In this document: in pieces, positions 23,054 through 36,300 of the stretch
Position numbering within the stretch: the stretch's first letter is position 1
Layout: each line of letters opens with the position of its first letter
Source: Dudresnaya verticillata
Taxonomy: Eukaryota
DNA: 64,000 bases
Direction: 5' to 3'
Assembly: GCA_977862235.1 (NCBI GenBank)
Contig: OZ374557.1
Span: 3,286,001 to 3,350,000 of the forward strand
Position numbers and translations under genes: made by a program
Notes under the pieces: model-generated
Databases searched by the model: none
Seen by the model: the letters and a program-made list of their open reading frames with translations, nothing else
Told to the model about the DNA's origin: nothing

Positions 23054-26000
23054 TGTGGGCAAGACGTCGATGCCAGAGCTCAGTAGTTTGCTGCGTGCTG
23101 GGGACAGCCAGTACTTGCTCCTCCGAAGTGTGCGGCTCGGGTTCTGGTAGCATGTACATTCCAGAACTCGCATCGCGAACACCGGATCCAATATAGTACC
23201 CATCAGAGTCGAGTACCAAGCGCACGTCCAAGCGGCGAAAGTGGGATTCAATTCCTTTATCTGCCAAACGCCCAGTAGAGACAAGATTGTATCCCATCTG
23301 CGGGATGAAGAGGGCCTTCTTGAGCCGAATATTGGCATGCTCAAACGGCAGAATCACATCTCCACATAGGTCCGAGGTGACAGACGACTTGTCCGCAAGC
23401 ACTACAGTACGCTTTTCGCAGCGCGATACTGAGCTCGGTACAAAAGAAGTCATTGAGTGGAAGCAATGCACCGTTGCTCCACTGTCGGCATACGTTCCTT
23501 GGTCGTTCGGAGGAACAACAGTAGTCATCTCAACCGATGCACCGGCGATTTCTACCTTTGCAGATTTACCATTATTCTTACCAGATGCAGCTACCGCCGA
23601 GTTGGCGTTGCCCTTTTTGCCCTGGTTGGTGAACATCTGTCGCACCTTTGGAGGAAGCTTGTTGTTAGGATTTTCCGGATTTAGATAGCATCGATCCGCG
23701 GTGTGTCCATCCTTGTCGCAAACATCACAGTGAAGGTGCCGGTTCGGGGTGGAGTGAGCCTGCTTGGCGGACTTGAGTGCAACCGCCAACGCACGGACGG
23801 TGGATTCAATATCAGAAGAGTCATCGGAGTCGTCGTTGTCATCCAGCGGGTTGTGTTGCTGGCGAGAACCTGACGACGCGGACTTCTTTTTCTTCTTCCG
23901 ACGACTCTTCGACTTACTGGATCTCCCACCTGCGTTTGATCCATGAGAATCTTTGGCGTTGTACTCATCGATCAGCGTGGTTGCGACGTAGTCCCAAGTC
24001 AGCTCAGCAGCATCTTTGGTGCGGAGAGCTGCAGCTGTTGGCTCCAGGTGGCAGGACGGATCAATGGAAGCAAGCAGCATAGGTGCCTTATGTGTCTCCG
24101 GTATCGCCGAGTCGTTGCCCATGCGGTCGAGTTGGGCGAACAGTGACGTGTACTGGTCGACATAGTTGGACATATTCTGACCGGTGTACGTCATACGGAA
24201 TAGCTTGGTCTGTACGGCGATACGGGATACGGTTCGACTGGACGCATAGCGCGAGTCCAATAGCTCCAGCATGCGTTTGGGGTCATCATCAACCTCCATA
24301 ACGACACGAAGCGGAGCATCACCAAGTGCGGAAATGATGATCCCGCAAGCCTTCTCACGTTTGGCCAAGGTTCTGGCGTGAAGAATGGAAGTATCCGCTG
24401 AGGCCTCTCCAGTTGACTGTGAGCTGCTCGGTGTGTCGTTTGAGGTGTGGACAACATTCCAAACCCCTTTGATGCGGCATGCGGCACGAAGGCGATGACG
24501 CCAGAGACTGTAGTCGTCACCTCTCCTGCCGTGGAAACGGGGTATCTTGACCCCGCTCGAAGTATCCATCTCGGCTTCGGTATCAGTCATCGCTGTTGGG
24601 ACTGATGGTGAGAAGAGATAACTTGAATAGTTTTAGAAAACTTGGTAAACTTGGGGCAGTGCTGTTAGTGCAACAGTGTCGATGCCCAGAGGGTAATAGT
24701 CGTGTTAAGCAGAGCAGTGCAGCTCACACAACGAAGACGTGACGACGAAACTGAGAAATGTGTCGAACACGTCGGTAATATAATACAGTCACAAGCGGAG
24801 CACACTTTGCCAAGTAGCTCCCACGCTTGGAGTAATGAAACTCTCAGGTGATGATGGGATCACCTGGACTGAAGAAGAAAAGTTGAAACTTGAAGTTGAA
24901 AAGTTGATTCTTGATAGTTGAACGTCTTTTTGACGCGGGATGTTCTGGCACCAGGTTCTACCTAGTCACCCCTAGGAGTCGGACTCCTGGCCCCCGGATA
25001 TGATTCTCCGGGTGAAATGCGTCTTTCAGCAGCCCTTTCGTGTCGTGCGCACACAGACACGAAGTATGCAATCCTTACGAGACGTCCACCTTATGGGTAC
25101 TAACTCAAAACGAGTGTTCACCACACGAACAGGTCCAGTCTCTTGCAGGAATGGAACTAGGCCCAACCGTGTCAAGGTTCTGGATCTTACTGGAGGCTGC
25201 TCCCCTAGGCCAACGAGGTCCTGACTTAACGAGAGTCACCACGCACAACACTCAACCTCTCAGCAAGCTCACGGACCAAGACAACAGCGGACGAGAGCCT
25301 CGAGAACTCTCTCACAAAATCAGAGACACAAGCCGACACAGTGGGATAGGGACCACTTTCAACAGACAACAAGCAGACAGGACAGGACACAAGCCGACAG
25401 GACAGGATACAAGCAGACAGGACAGGCCAGGACGGGACAGGACAGTATCAAGAATGAAAAGAAAAAGGAAGAAGGTTGCAGCGAAGCGATGAAGTCTGCG
25501 TAGGTCGACCTTCTGGGCCCATAACCTGAAAAGGAATATGGAGAGGTTGAAGTTGAACAAGATGAGAAATGGAAGTCGCTTGACTTCGTTTACTGCAGTC
25601 GACCATCCGACATGGCTTATATCAGCTTTTCGGATGAGTTGCTGCGTGAACACAAACAAAACAAATCATTAAAGAAACGCCCAAAATCCCTATCATCAAA
25701 TGGGCGGGAAAAAGTAAAACAATTAAATCTACCAAATCATACTCTCAGCACACTCACATCCGCCACCAAAATGGGCGGGAACTTGCACACCAGTGTTGCT
25801 AACTGCTGACATCAGCAATCCCTCTTGCGACCGCATTTCCTGCCATCCATATGTACTCCAACTTTGGGCGGGAACTCGAAAGTATCGAGTGTCCCCGCAT
25901 GACTGCTGTCGGACAACACTGCATACCACGTGGCCGCACTTACGAGCTGAAGTCCGTCCATGAATATCCAACTTGGATCATTGACCACGTAATCACCCAG

Positions 26001-26557
26001 ATTTGCCTACGTGGCAGCTGTAAACCAACGTGTCGGCCGCACGACACCTACGTGGCAACTGTAAACCAACGTGTCGGCCGCACGACAACTGCATCTGCTG
26101 ATATCACAAGCCAGGCTCCACGTAGCGCAAGTCCCTGCAGTACCAACTCAGACGCCATCAGCACATTGCATGGCACGTTCATATGTACTTGTGGAGTACA
26201 GTGCGCGTCATACCAGTACCATTCCATGCCATACCACGTGCATCCATGTGGTCCAATCAGATCGTTCCACTTGGCCGTTCCTGTTATAACCGCCAATTCC
26301 AGCACAACACTTGTAAGCCATATAGACCATGGAGGCGGTTTGTAACAACCAATCAGAAGCCCGTTTCACGTTGCTTTTGCAAAAGGCCTAAATGCGCCGT
26401 GATTTTGGAAGCCCGGAAAAAGGGCTGTCGTCTCCGGAAGGTTTGGTGAAAGCGTGCCAGGGTACCATCTGGGGTACCTGACCCGTGACGTGAGGCGCCA
26501 GCGACCATGTCCTCAACACCATTGAGCTCCGGAGTATAAGGTGGGGAGAAGGATTTG

Positions 26558-29500
26558 TGGCGGTGACGGTATACCTCGTGTGGTTGAGTCGCGGCATGTC
26601 ACATTCGACGAGTCCAAATTCCCGGGTGCTCCAAGCCTGTTGGAATATGGGCAGGATGAGGCAGATTCGGATGAAGATTACGAGTCTAACTCAGAGGCCT
26701 CTATTTTCAACTCGGACTCTGATGACGATGTGTCGCTGGGTAACTTTGAGGATGAAGAGGATGCGATTGAAGTTGACACACCTTCTTCACCTCCACTACC
26801 TCCATCAGAACCCAGCTCATTCGAATCTGATGACACGGCTGAGGAAGAAAACGTCTCTGACTATCCTCCGGCTGGTGTGAGTTCAGACCCAGAACGCCAG
26901 CAACAGAGTCGATATCCTCGTCGCCAACGTCGCCAGACGTCGAAATGGTTTATGGCAAGCTCTGCACAAGCTGAACAACAGGTTGCCCTCACAACGGGAG
27001 ATGAGCCCACTCTTCGAGAGGCCATGTCTGCCACTCCGGAGGAGCGCGGGTTGTGGCAATCTGCCATTGATGATGAGTTCGCATCCTTGGAATCCAAAGG
27101 CACTTGGGTCCGTGATGACAGTCCCGATGCACAGCCGCTTCCAACGCACGCCGTGCTGAAAGTTAAACGCAAGTCCGACGGGACCGTCGAGCGCTTCAAA
27201 GCGCGGGTCGTCGCTGGTGGAAACTTCCAGACGTATGGTGAAGACTACATGGAAACATACGCCCCAGTTGTGTCGTTCTCGCTGGTGCGCATGTTCCTAT
27301 ACTTGGTACTGTGTTTGAACCTGTTTGTTGCACAGCTAGACGTGAAGACGGCTTTCCTGAATGGTGATCTGGCAGAACACGTGTGGGTAATGTCACCGCG
27401 TGGGATTCCTGGAAGGGAATCTCTCTGTTACAAACTTCTGAAAGCTATGTATGGGCTAAAACAGGCTCACCTAGCTTGGCACACCAAGCTGTGTGGTGAC
27501 CTTGCTAGGATGATGTTTGAGGAATTGCCAAGTGCACCTTGCGTGTTTCGTCGCAAATCCAAGTCTTCCGGATACGCATACATCTTGGTGTACGTTGATG
27601 ACTTGCTCATCCTCGCACCCACAAAGGCGGAGAGAGACGCCATTGTTAAGGAACTGCAGGGCCTCTACGATCTAAGGCTGTCTGAAGGGGTTGACCTCTT
27701 CCTCGGAGTCGAGCTTGGATGGAAGCTAGACTCTGATGGCAGATTTGTGTCCCTCAAGATGACTCAACAGGTCTACACGGAAAGTGTTCTTCGTCGATTT
27801 GGACTTCAGAACTCTAAGCCGGCTTGTACGCCGATGGTTGAGTCTTTCTTCACTGGACTTGCCGCCGAAGAGGACAAGGCCGTCGTGTCGGTTGAGACGT
27901 ACCAGCAGATGATCGGGTCACTTCTGTACTTGGGGCTTCGCACAAGGCTGGACATTTTGGCCTCTGTGCTTATCCTCGCACGGTTCCAGAAGGCTCCAAC
28001 TGCGTACTGTCACCGTGGTGTAAAGAGGGTTCTGCGATATCTTCGAGGCACTCACAAGCATGGAGTTACGTACCAGTCCGGAACCACTCGTATCCAAGCT
28101 TATGTGGACGCTGACTATGCCGGTGACACCACAGACCGAAAATCTATGTCTGGTTACATGGTGAAACTGGGAGATGCAGTGTGTATTTGGGGATCCAAGA
28201 AGCAGTCAACTGTTGCTCTCTCAACTTGCGAGTCGGAGTACTATGCAATGACTCTGGCTGCGAAAGAGACGGTTTGGGTCACGCGAGTGCTGAAGGAGGC
28301 CGACTTGAACGTCGAAGGCCCGGTTCCATTGAGATCAGACAACCAGTCTGCCATCAATTGGGCTACTGGAGAACGCTGTCCGTCTGGTCGTGCCAAGCAC
28401 ATCGACGTTCGTGTACACTTCATTCGCGAACTTGTCGCCGACTCTGTTCTGGAAGTGGTGTATGTGCCGTCAGAAGACAACGACGCGGACTTGCTGACAA
28501 AGCCACTCGGGCCCACTTTGCTCAATAGGATTCTACCAAGGGTTGGACTTGGAGGAGCCATCGAGGAGGAGTGTTGAGGACATGGTCGCTGGCGCCTCAC
28601 GTCACGGGTCAGGTACCCCAGATGGTACCCTGGCACGCTTTCACCAAACCTTCCGGAGACGACAGCCCTTTTTCCGGGCTTCCAAAATCACGGCGCATTT
28701 AGGCCTTTTGCAAAAGCAACGTGAAACAGGCTTCTGATTGGTTGTTACAAACCGCCTCCATGGTCTATATGGCTTACAAGTGTTGTGCTGGAATTGGCGG
28801 TTATAACAGGAACGGCCAAGTGGAACGATCTGATTGGACCACATGGATGCACGTGGTATGGCATGGAATGGTGTTGGTATGACTCGCACTGTACTCCACA
28901 AGTACACATGAACCTGCCATGCAATGTGCTGATGGCGTCCGAGTTGGTACTGCAGGGACTTGCGCTACGTGGAGCCTGACTTGTGATATCAGCAGATGCA
29001 GTTGTCGTGCGGCCGACACGTTGGTTTACAGTTGCCACGTAGCTGTCGTGCGCCCGACACGTTGGTTTACAGTTATCACGTAGCTGTCGTGCGGCCGACA
29101 CGTTGGTTTACAGCTGCCACGTAGGCAAATCTGGGTGATTACGTGGTCAATGATCCAAGTTGGATATTCATGGACGGACTTGAGCTGGTAAGTGCGGCCA
29201 CGTGGTGTGCAGTGTTGTCCGACAGCAGCCATGCGGGGACACTCGATACTTTCACGTTCCCGCCCAAAGTTGGAGTACAACAATATGGATGGCAGGAAAT
29301 GCGGTCGCAAGAGGGATTGCTGATGTCAGCAGTTAGCAACACTGGTGTACAAGTTCCCGCCCATTCTGGTGGCGGATGTGAGTGTGCTGAGAGCATGATT
29401 TGGTAGATTTAATTGCTTTACTTTTTCCCGCCCATTTGATGATAGGGATTTTGGGCGTTTCTTTAATGATTTGTTTTGTTTGTGTTCACGCAGCAACTCA

Positions 29501-29606
29501 TCCGAAAAGCTGATATAAGCCATGTCGGATGATCGACTGCAGTAAACGAAGTCAAGCGACTTCCATTTCTCATCTTGTTCAACTTCAACCTCTCCATATT
29601 CCTTTT
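26558..29606 (+). mobile_element. 5'-truncated copy E (IN C-terminus, RT, RNase H, 3' LTR lacking its terminal CA)
   Basis: Starts abruptly at TGGCGGTGAC; LTR 28572-29606 ends CCTTTT and is fused to host GCCACTG; no 5-bp TSD. Confidence 0.87.
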
Positions 29607-32600
29607 GCCACTGTCTCCAACTCCTCCCAAATCTTTCTGCAAAGCCAAATACTCCTGAGCCCCGTCTGAGTGGAGTTTTGTTATTTCCGCTCCTCCAAGC
29701 TCGATAAACTTTGCTGAAGCTTGATCAAATGCTGCACTCAACATACGGCGACTTCTCATACATGCGACGACCAAGAAACGGGATTTATCATCCAGAAACG
29801 TCGTGGCATACCGGAAACGATCGGGAAAGGAGATCTGGATTGGACCAACAATGTCGGAATGCACGAGATCACCGACAGCTTTGGCCGGGCGGAAGTGCCC
29901 TGGGAATGATTGTTTGTGTGCTTTCCCAAGTCTACAAGCCCGACACACTTCATGAGTCGAGCCCAACTCCGGAACACCCTCAACATGCTCGTGCACTTTG
30001 GCCAAGTCCCGGAAATTGATGTGGGCAAGACGTCGATGCCAGAGCTCAGTAGTTTGCTGCGTGCTGGGGACAGCCAGTACTTGCTCCTCCGAAGTGTGCG
30101 GCTCGGGTTCTGGTAGCATGTACATTCCAGAACTCGCATCGCGAACACCGGATCCAATATAGTACCCATCAGAGTCGAGTACCAAGCGCACGTCCAAGCG
30201 GCGAAAGTGGGATTCAATTCCTTTATCTGCCAAACGCCCAGTAGAGACAAGATTGTATCCCATCTGCGGGATGAAGCGGGCCTTCTTGAGCCGAATATTG
30301 GCATGCTCAAACGGCAGAATCACATCTCCACATAGGTCTGAGGTGACAGACGACTTGTCCGCAAGCACTACAGTACGCTTTTCGCAACGCGATACTGAGC
30401 TCGGTACAAAAGAAGTCATTGAGTGGAAGCAATGCACAGTTGCTCCACTGTCGGCATACGTTCCTTGGTCGTTCGGAGGAACAACAGTAGTCATCTCAAC
30501 CGATGCACCGGCGATTTCTACCTTTGCAGATTTACCATTATTCTTACCAGATGCAGCTACCGCCGAGTTGGCGTTGCCCTTTTTGCCCTGGTTGGTGAAC
30601 ATCTGTCGCACCTTTGGAGGAAGCTTGTTGTTAGGATTTTCCGGATTTAGATAGCATCGATCCGCGGTGTGTCCATCCTTGTCGCAAACATCACAGTGAA
30701 GGTGCCGGTTCGGGGTGGAGTGAGCCTGCTTGGCGGACTTGAGTGCAACCGCCAACGCACGGACGGTGGATTCAATATCAGAAGAGTCATCGGAGTCGTC
30801 GTTGTCATCCAGCGGGTTGTGTTGCTGGCGAGAACCTGACGACGCGGACTTCTTTTTCTTCTTCCGACGACTCTTCGACTTACTGGATCTCCCACCTGCG
30901 TTTGATCCATGAGAATCTTTGGCGTTGTACTCATCGATCAGCGTGGTTGCGACGTAGTCCCAAGTCAGCTCAGCAGCATCTTTGGTGCGGAGAGCTGCAG
31001 CTGTTGGCTCCAGGTGGCAGGACGGATCAATGGAAGCAAGCAGCATAGGTGCCTTATGTGTCTCCGGTATCGCCGAGTCGTTGCCCATGCGGTCGAGTTG
31101 GGCGAACAGTGACGTGTACTGGTCGACATAGTTGGACATATTCTGACCGGTGTACGTCATACGGAATAGCTTGGTCTGTACGGCGATACGGGATACGGTT
31201 CGACTGGACGCATAGCGCGAGTCCAATTGTTGAGGACATGGTCGCTGGCGCCTCACGTCACGGGTCAGGTACCCCAGATGGTACCCTGGCACGCTTTCAC
31301 CAAACCTTCCGGAGACGACAGCCCTTTTTCCGGGCTTCCAAAATCACGGCGCATTTAGGCCTTTTGCAAAAGCAACGTGAAACGGGCTTCTGATTGGTTG
31401 TTACAAACCGCCTCCATGGTCTATATGGCTTACAAGTGTTGTGCTGGAATTGGCGGTTATAACAGGAACGGCCAAGTGGAACGATCTGATTGGACCACAT
31501 GGATGCACGTGGTATGGCATGGAATGGTGTTGGTATGACTCGCACTGTACTCCACAAGTACACATGAACCTGCCATGCAATGTGCTGATGGCGTCCGAGT
31601 TGGTACTGCAGGGACTTGCGCTACGTGGAGCCTGACTTGTGATATCAGCAGATGCAGTTGTCGTGCGGCCGACACGTTGGTTTACAGTTGCCACGTAGCT
31701 GTCGTGCGCCCGACACGTTGGTTTACAGTTATCACGTAGCTGTCGTGCGGCCGACACGTTGGTTTACAGCTGCCACGTAGGCAAATCTGGGTGATTACGT
31801 GGTCAATGATCCAAGTTGGATATTCATGGACGGACTTGAGCTGGTAAGTGCGGCCACGTGGTGTGCAGTGTTGTCCGACAGCAGCCATGCGGGGACACTC
31901 GATACTTTCACGTTCCCGCCCAAAGTTGGAGTACATATGGATGGCAGGAAATGCGGTCGCAAGAGGGATTGCTGATGTCAGCAGTTAGCAACACTGGTGT
32001 ACAAGTTCCCGCCCATTCTGGTGGCGGATGTGAGTGTGCTGAGAGCATGATTTGGTAGATTTAATTGCTTTACTTTTTCCCGCCCATTTGATGATAGGGA
32101 TTTTGGGCGTTTCTTTAATGATTTGTTTTGTTTGTGTTCACGCAGCAACTCATCCGAAAAGCTGATATAAGCCATGTCGGATGATCGACTGCAGTAAACG
32201 AAGTCAAGCGACTTCCATTTCTCATCTTGTTCAACTTCAACCTCTCCATATTCCTTTTCAGGGATTTTGGGCGTTTCTTTAATGATTTGTTTTGTTTGTG
32301 TTCACGCAGCAACTCATCCGAAAAGCTGATATAAGCCATGTCGGATGATCGACTGCAGTAAACGAAGTCAAGCGACTTCCATTTCTCATCTTGTTCAACT
32401 TCAACCTCTCCATATTCCTTTTCAGGTTATGGGCCCAGAAGGTCGACCTACGCAGACTTCATCGCTTCGCTGCAACCTTCTTCCTTTTTCTTTTCATTCT
32501 TGATACTGTCCGGTCCCGTCCTGGCCTGTCCTGTCTGCTTGTGTCCTGTCCTGTCGGCTTGTGTCCTGTCCTGTCTGCTTGTTGTCTGTTGAAAGTGGTC

Positions 32601-33360
32601 CCTATCCCACTGTGTTGGCTTGTGTCTCTGATTTTGTGAGAGAGTTCTCGAGGCTCTCGTCCGCTGTTGTCTTGGTCCGTGAGCTTGCTGAGAGGTTGAG
32701 TGTTGTGCGTGGTGACTCTCGTTAAGTCAGGACCTCGTTGGCCTAGGGGAGCAGCCTCCAGTAAGATCCAGAACCTTGACACGGTTGGGCCTAGTTCCAT
32801 TCCTGCAAGAGACTGGACCTGTTCGTGTGGTGAACACTCGTTTTGAGTTAGTACCCATAAGGTGGACGTCTCGTAAGGATTGCATACTTCGTGTCTGTGT
32901 GCGCACGACACGAAAGGGCTGCTGAAAGACGCATTTCACCCGGAGAATCATATCCGGGGGCCAGGAGTCCGACTCCTAGGGGTGACTAGGTAGAACCTGG
33001 TGCCAGAACATCCCGCGTCAAAAAGACGTTCAACTATCAAGAATCAACTTTTCAACTTCAAGTTTCAACTTTTCTTCTTCAGTCCAGGTGATCCCATCAT
33101 CACCTGAGAGTTTCATTACTCCAAGCGTGGGAGCTACTTGGCAAAGTGTGCTCCGCTTGTGACTGTATTATATTACCGACGTGTTCGACACATTTCTCAG
33201 TTTCGTCGTCACGTCTTCGTTGTGTGAGCTGCACTGCTCTGCTTAACACGACTATTACCCTCTGGGCATCGACACTGTTGCACTAACAGCACTGCCCCAA
33301 GTTTACCAAGTTTTCTAAAACTATTCAAGTTATCTCTTCTCACCATCAGTCCCAACAGCG

Positions 33361-36300
33361 ATGACTGATACCGAAGCCGAGATGGATACTTCGAGCGGGG
33401 TCAAGATACCCCGTTTCCACGGCAGGAGAGGTGACGACTACAGTCTCTGGCGTCATCGCCTTCGTGCCGCATGCCGCATCAAAGGGGTTTGGAATGTTGT
33501 CCACACCTCAAACGACACACCGAGCAGCTCACAGTCAACTGGAGAGGCCTCAGCGGATACTTCCATTCTTCACGCCAGAACCTTGGCCAAACGTGAGAAG
33601 GCTTGCGGGATCATCATTTCCGCACTTGGTGATGCTCCGCTTCGTGTCGTTATGGAGGTTGATGATGACCCCAAACGCATGCTGGAGCTATTGGACTCGC
33701 GCTATGCGTCCAGTCGAACCGTATCCCGTATCGCCGTACAGACCAAGCTATTCCGTATGACGTACACCGGTCAGAATATGTCCAACTATGTCGACCAGTA
33801 CACGTCACTGTTCGCCCAACTCGACCGCATGGGCAACGACTCGGCGATACCGGAGACACATAAGGCACCTATGCTGCTTGCTTCCATTGATCCGTCCTGC
33901 CACCTGGAGTCAACAGCTGCAGCTCTTCGCACCAAAGATGCTGCTGAGCTGACTTGGGACTACGTCGCAACCACGCTGATCGATGAGTACAACGCCAAAG
34001 ATTCTCATGGATCAAACGCAGGTGGGAGATCCAGTAAGTCGAAGAGTCGTCGCAAGAAGAAAAAGAAGTCCGCGTCGTCAGGTTCTCGCCAGCAACACAA
34101 CACGCTGGATGACAACGACGACTCCGATGACTCTTCTGATATTGAATCCACCGTCCGTGCGTTGGCGGTTGCACTCAAGTCCGCCAAGCAGGCTCACTCC
34201 ACCCCGAACCGGCACCTTCACTGTGATGTTTGCGACAAGGATGGACACACCGCGGATCGATGCTATCTAAATCCGGAAAATCCTAACAACAAGCTTCCTC
34301 CAAAGGTGCGACAGATGTTCACCAACCAGGGCAAAAAGGGCAACGCCAACTCGGCGGTAGCTGCATCTGGTAAGAATAATGGTAAATCTGCAAAGGTAGA
34401 AATCGCCGGTGCATCGGTTGAGATGACTACCGTTGTTCCTCCGAACGACCAAGGAACGTATGCCGACAGTGGAGCAACTGTGCATTGCTTCCACTCAATG
34501 ACTTCTTTTGTACCGAGCTCAGTATCACGCTGCGAAAAGCGTACTGTAGTGCTTGCGGACAAGTCGTCTGTCACCTCAGACCTATGTGGAGATGTGATTC
34601 TGCCGTTTGAGCATGCCAATATTCGGCTCAAGAAGGCCCTCTTCATCCCGCAGATGGGATACAATCTTGTCTCTACTGGGCGTTTGGCAGATAAAGGAAT
34701 TGAATCCCACTTTCGCCGCTTGGACGTGCGCTTGGTACTCGACTCTGATGGGTACTATATTGGATCCGGTGTTCGCGATGCGAGTTCTGGAATGTACATG
34801 CTACCAGAACCCGAGCCGCACACTTCGGAGGAGCAAGTACTGGCTGTCCCCAGCACGCAGCAAACTACTGAGCTCTGGCATCGACGTCTTGCCCACATTA
34901 ATTTTCGGGACTTGGCCAAAGTGCACGAGCATGTTGAGGGTGTTCCGGAGTTGGGCTCCACTCATGAAGTGTGTCGGGCTTGTAGACTTGGGAAAGCACA
35001 CAAACAATCATTCCCAGGGCACTTCCGCCTGGCCAAAGCTGTCGGTGATCTCGTGCATTCCGACATTGTTGGTCCAATCCAGATCTCCTTTCCCGATCGT
35101 TTCCGGTATGCCACGACGTTTCTGGATGACAAATCCCGTTTCTTGGTCGTCGCATGTATGAGAAGTCGCCGTATGTTGAGTGCAGCATTTGATCAAGCTT
35201 CAGCAAAGTTTATCGAGCTTGGAGGAGCGGAAATAACAAAACTCCACTCAGACGGGGCTCAGGAGTATTTGGCTTTGCAGAAAGATTTGGGAGGAGTTGG
35301 AGACAGTGGCAAATCCTTCTCCCCACCTTATACTCCGGAGCTCAATGGAATCGCGGAAAGGGTGAACCGAACCATGGTGGAAGCTGCCCTGACTTTGCTG
35401 ATCCAGGCTGATCTACCGGGATGTTTGTGGCCGTTTGCACTGAAGCATGTCAACTACGTGCGCAATCGGGTACCACACTCAACCGTTGGGGCTACGCCAT
35501 ACTCGGTCATGACAGGTGATGTTCCTGATTTAAAACATTTAAGAGTGTTTGGATGTGCTGCATATGTCCTAAGGCTCCCACGCGGATCCAAGTTCGAGTC
35601 TCGTGCACTTGAGGGGGTGCACTTGGAGACTCTAGAGCATGGGATCTACAGGATATTGGTCACTGGCGGTGACGGTATACCTCGTGTGGTTGAGTCGCGG
35701 CATGTCACATTCGACGAGTCCAAATTCCCGGGTGCTCCAAGCCTGTTGGAATATGGGCAGGATGAGGCAGATTCGGATGAAGATTACGAGTCTAACTCAG
35801 AGGCCTCTATTTTCAACTCGGACTCTGATGACGATGTGTCGCTGGGTAACTTTGAGGATGAAGAGGATGCGATTGAAGTTGACACACCTTCTTCACCTCC
35901 ACTACCTCCATCAGAACCCAGCTCATTCGAATCTGATGACACGGCTGAGGAAGAAAACGTCTCTGACTATCCTCCGGCTGGTGTGAGTTCAGACCCAGAA
36001 CGCCAGCAACAGAGTCGATATCCTCGTCGCCAACGTCGCCAGACGTCGAAATGGTTTATGGCAAGCTCTGCACAAGCTGAACAACAGGTTGCCCTCACAA
36101 CGGGAGATGAGCCCACTCTTCGAGAGGCCATGTCTGCCACTCCGGAGGAGCGCGGGTTGTGGCAATCTGCCATTGATGATGAGTTCGCATCCTTGGAATC
36201 CAAAGGCACTTGGGTCCGTGATGACAGTCCCGATGCACAGCCGCTTCCAACGCACGCCGTGCTGAAAGTTAAACGCAAGTCCGACGGGACCGTCGAGCGC

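Larger units (their letters stand above)
1808..26518 (-). mobile_element. Copia copy H, interrupted by A, B and D (pieces 1808-2299, 17208-18871, 23054-26518; 5' LTR 25527-26518, 992 bp)
   Basis: Pieces are collinear across TSDs ACATA and TGTGG; gag ATG at 24590; PBS at 25513-25526; right flank CCATT lies in the integrase of G. Confidence 0.9.
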
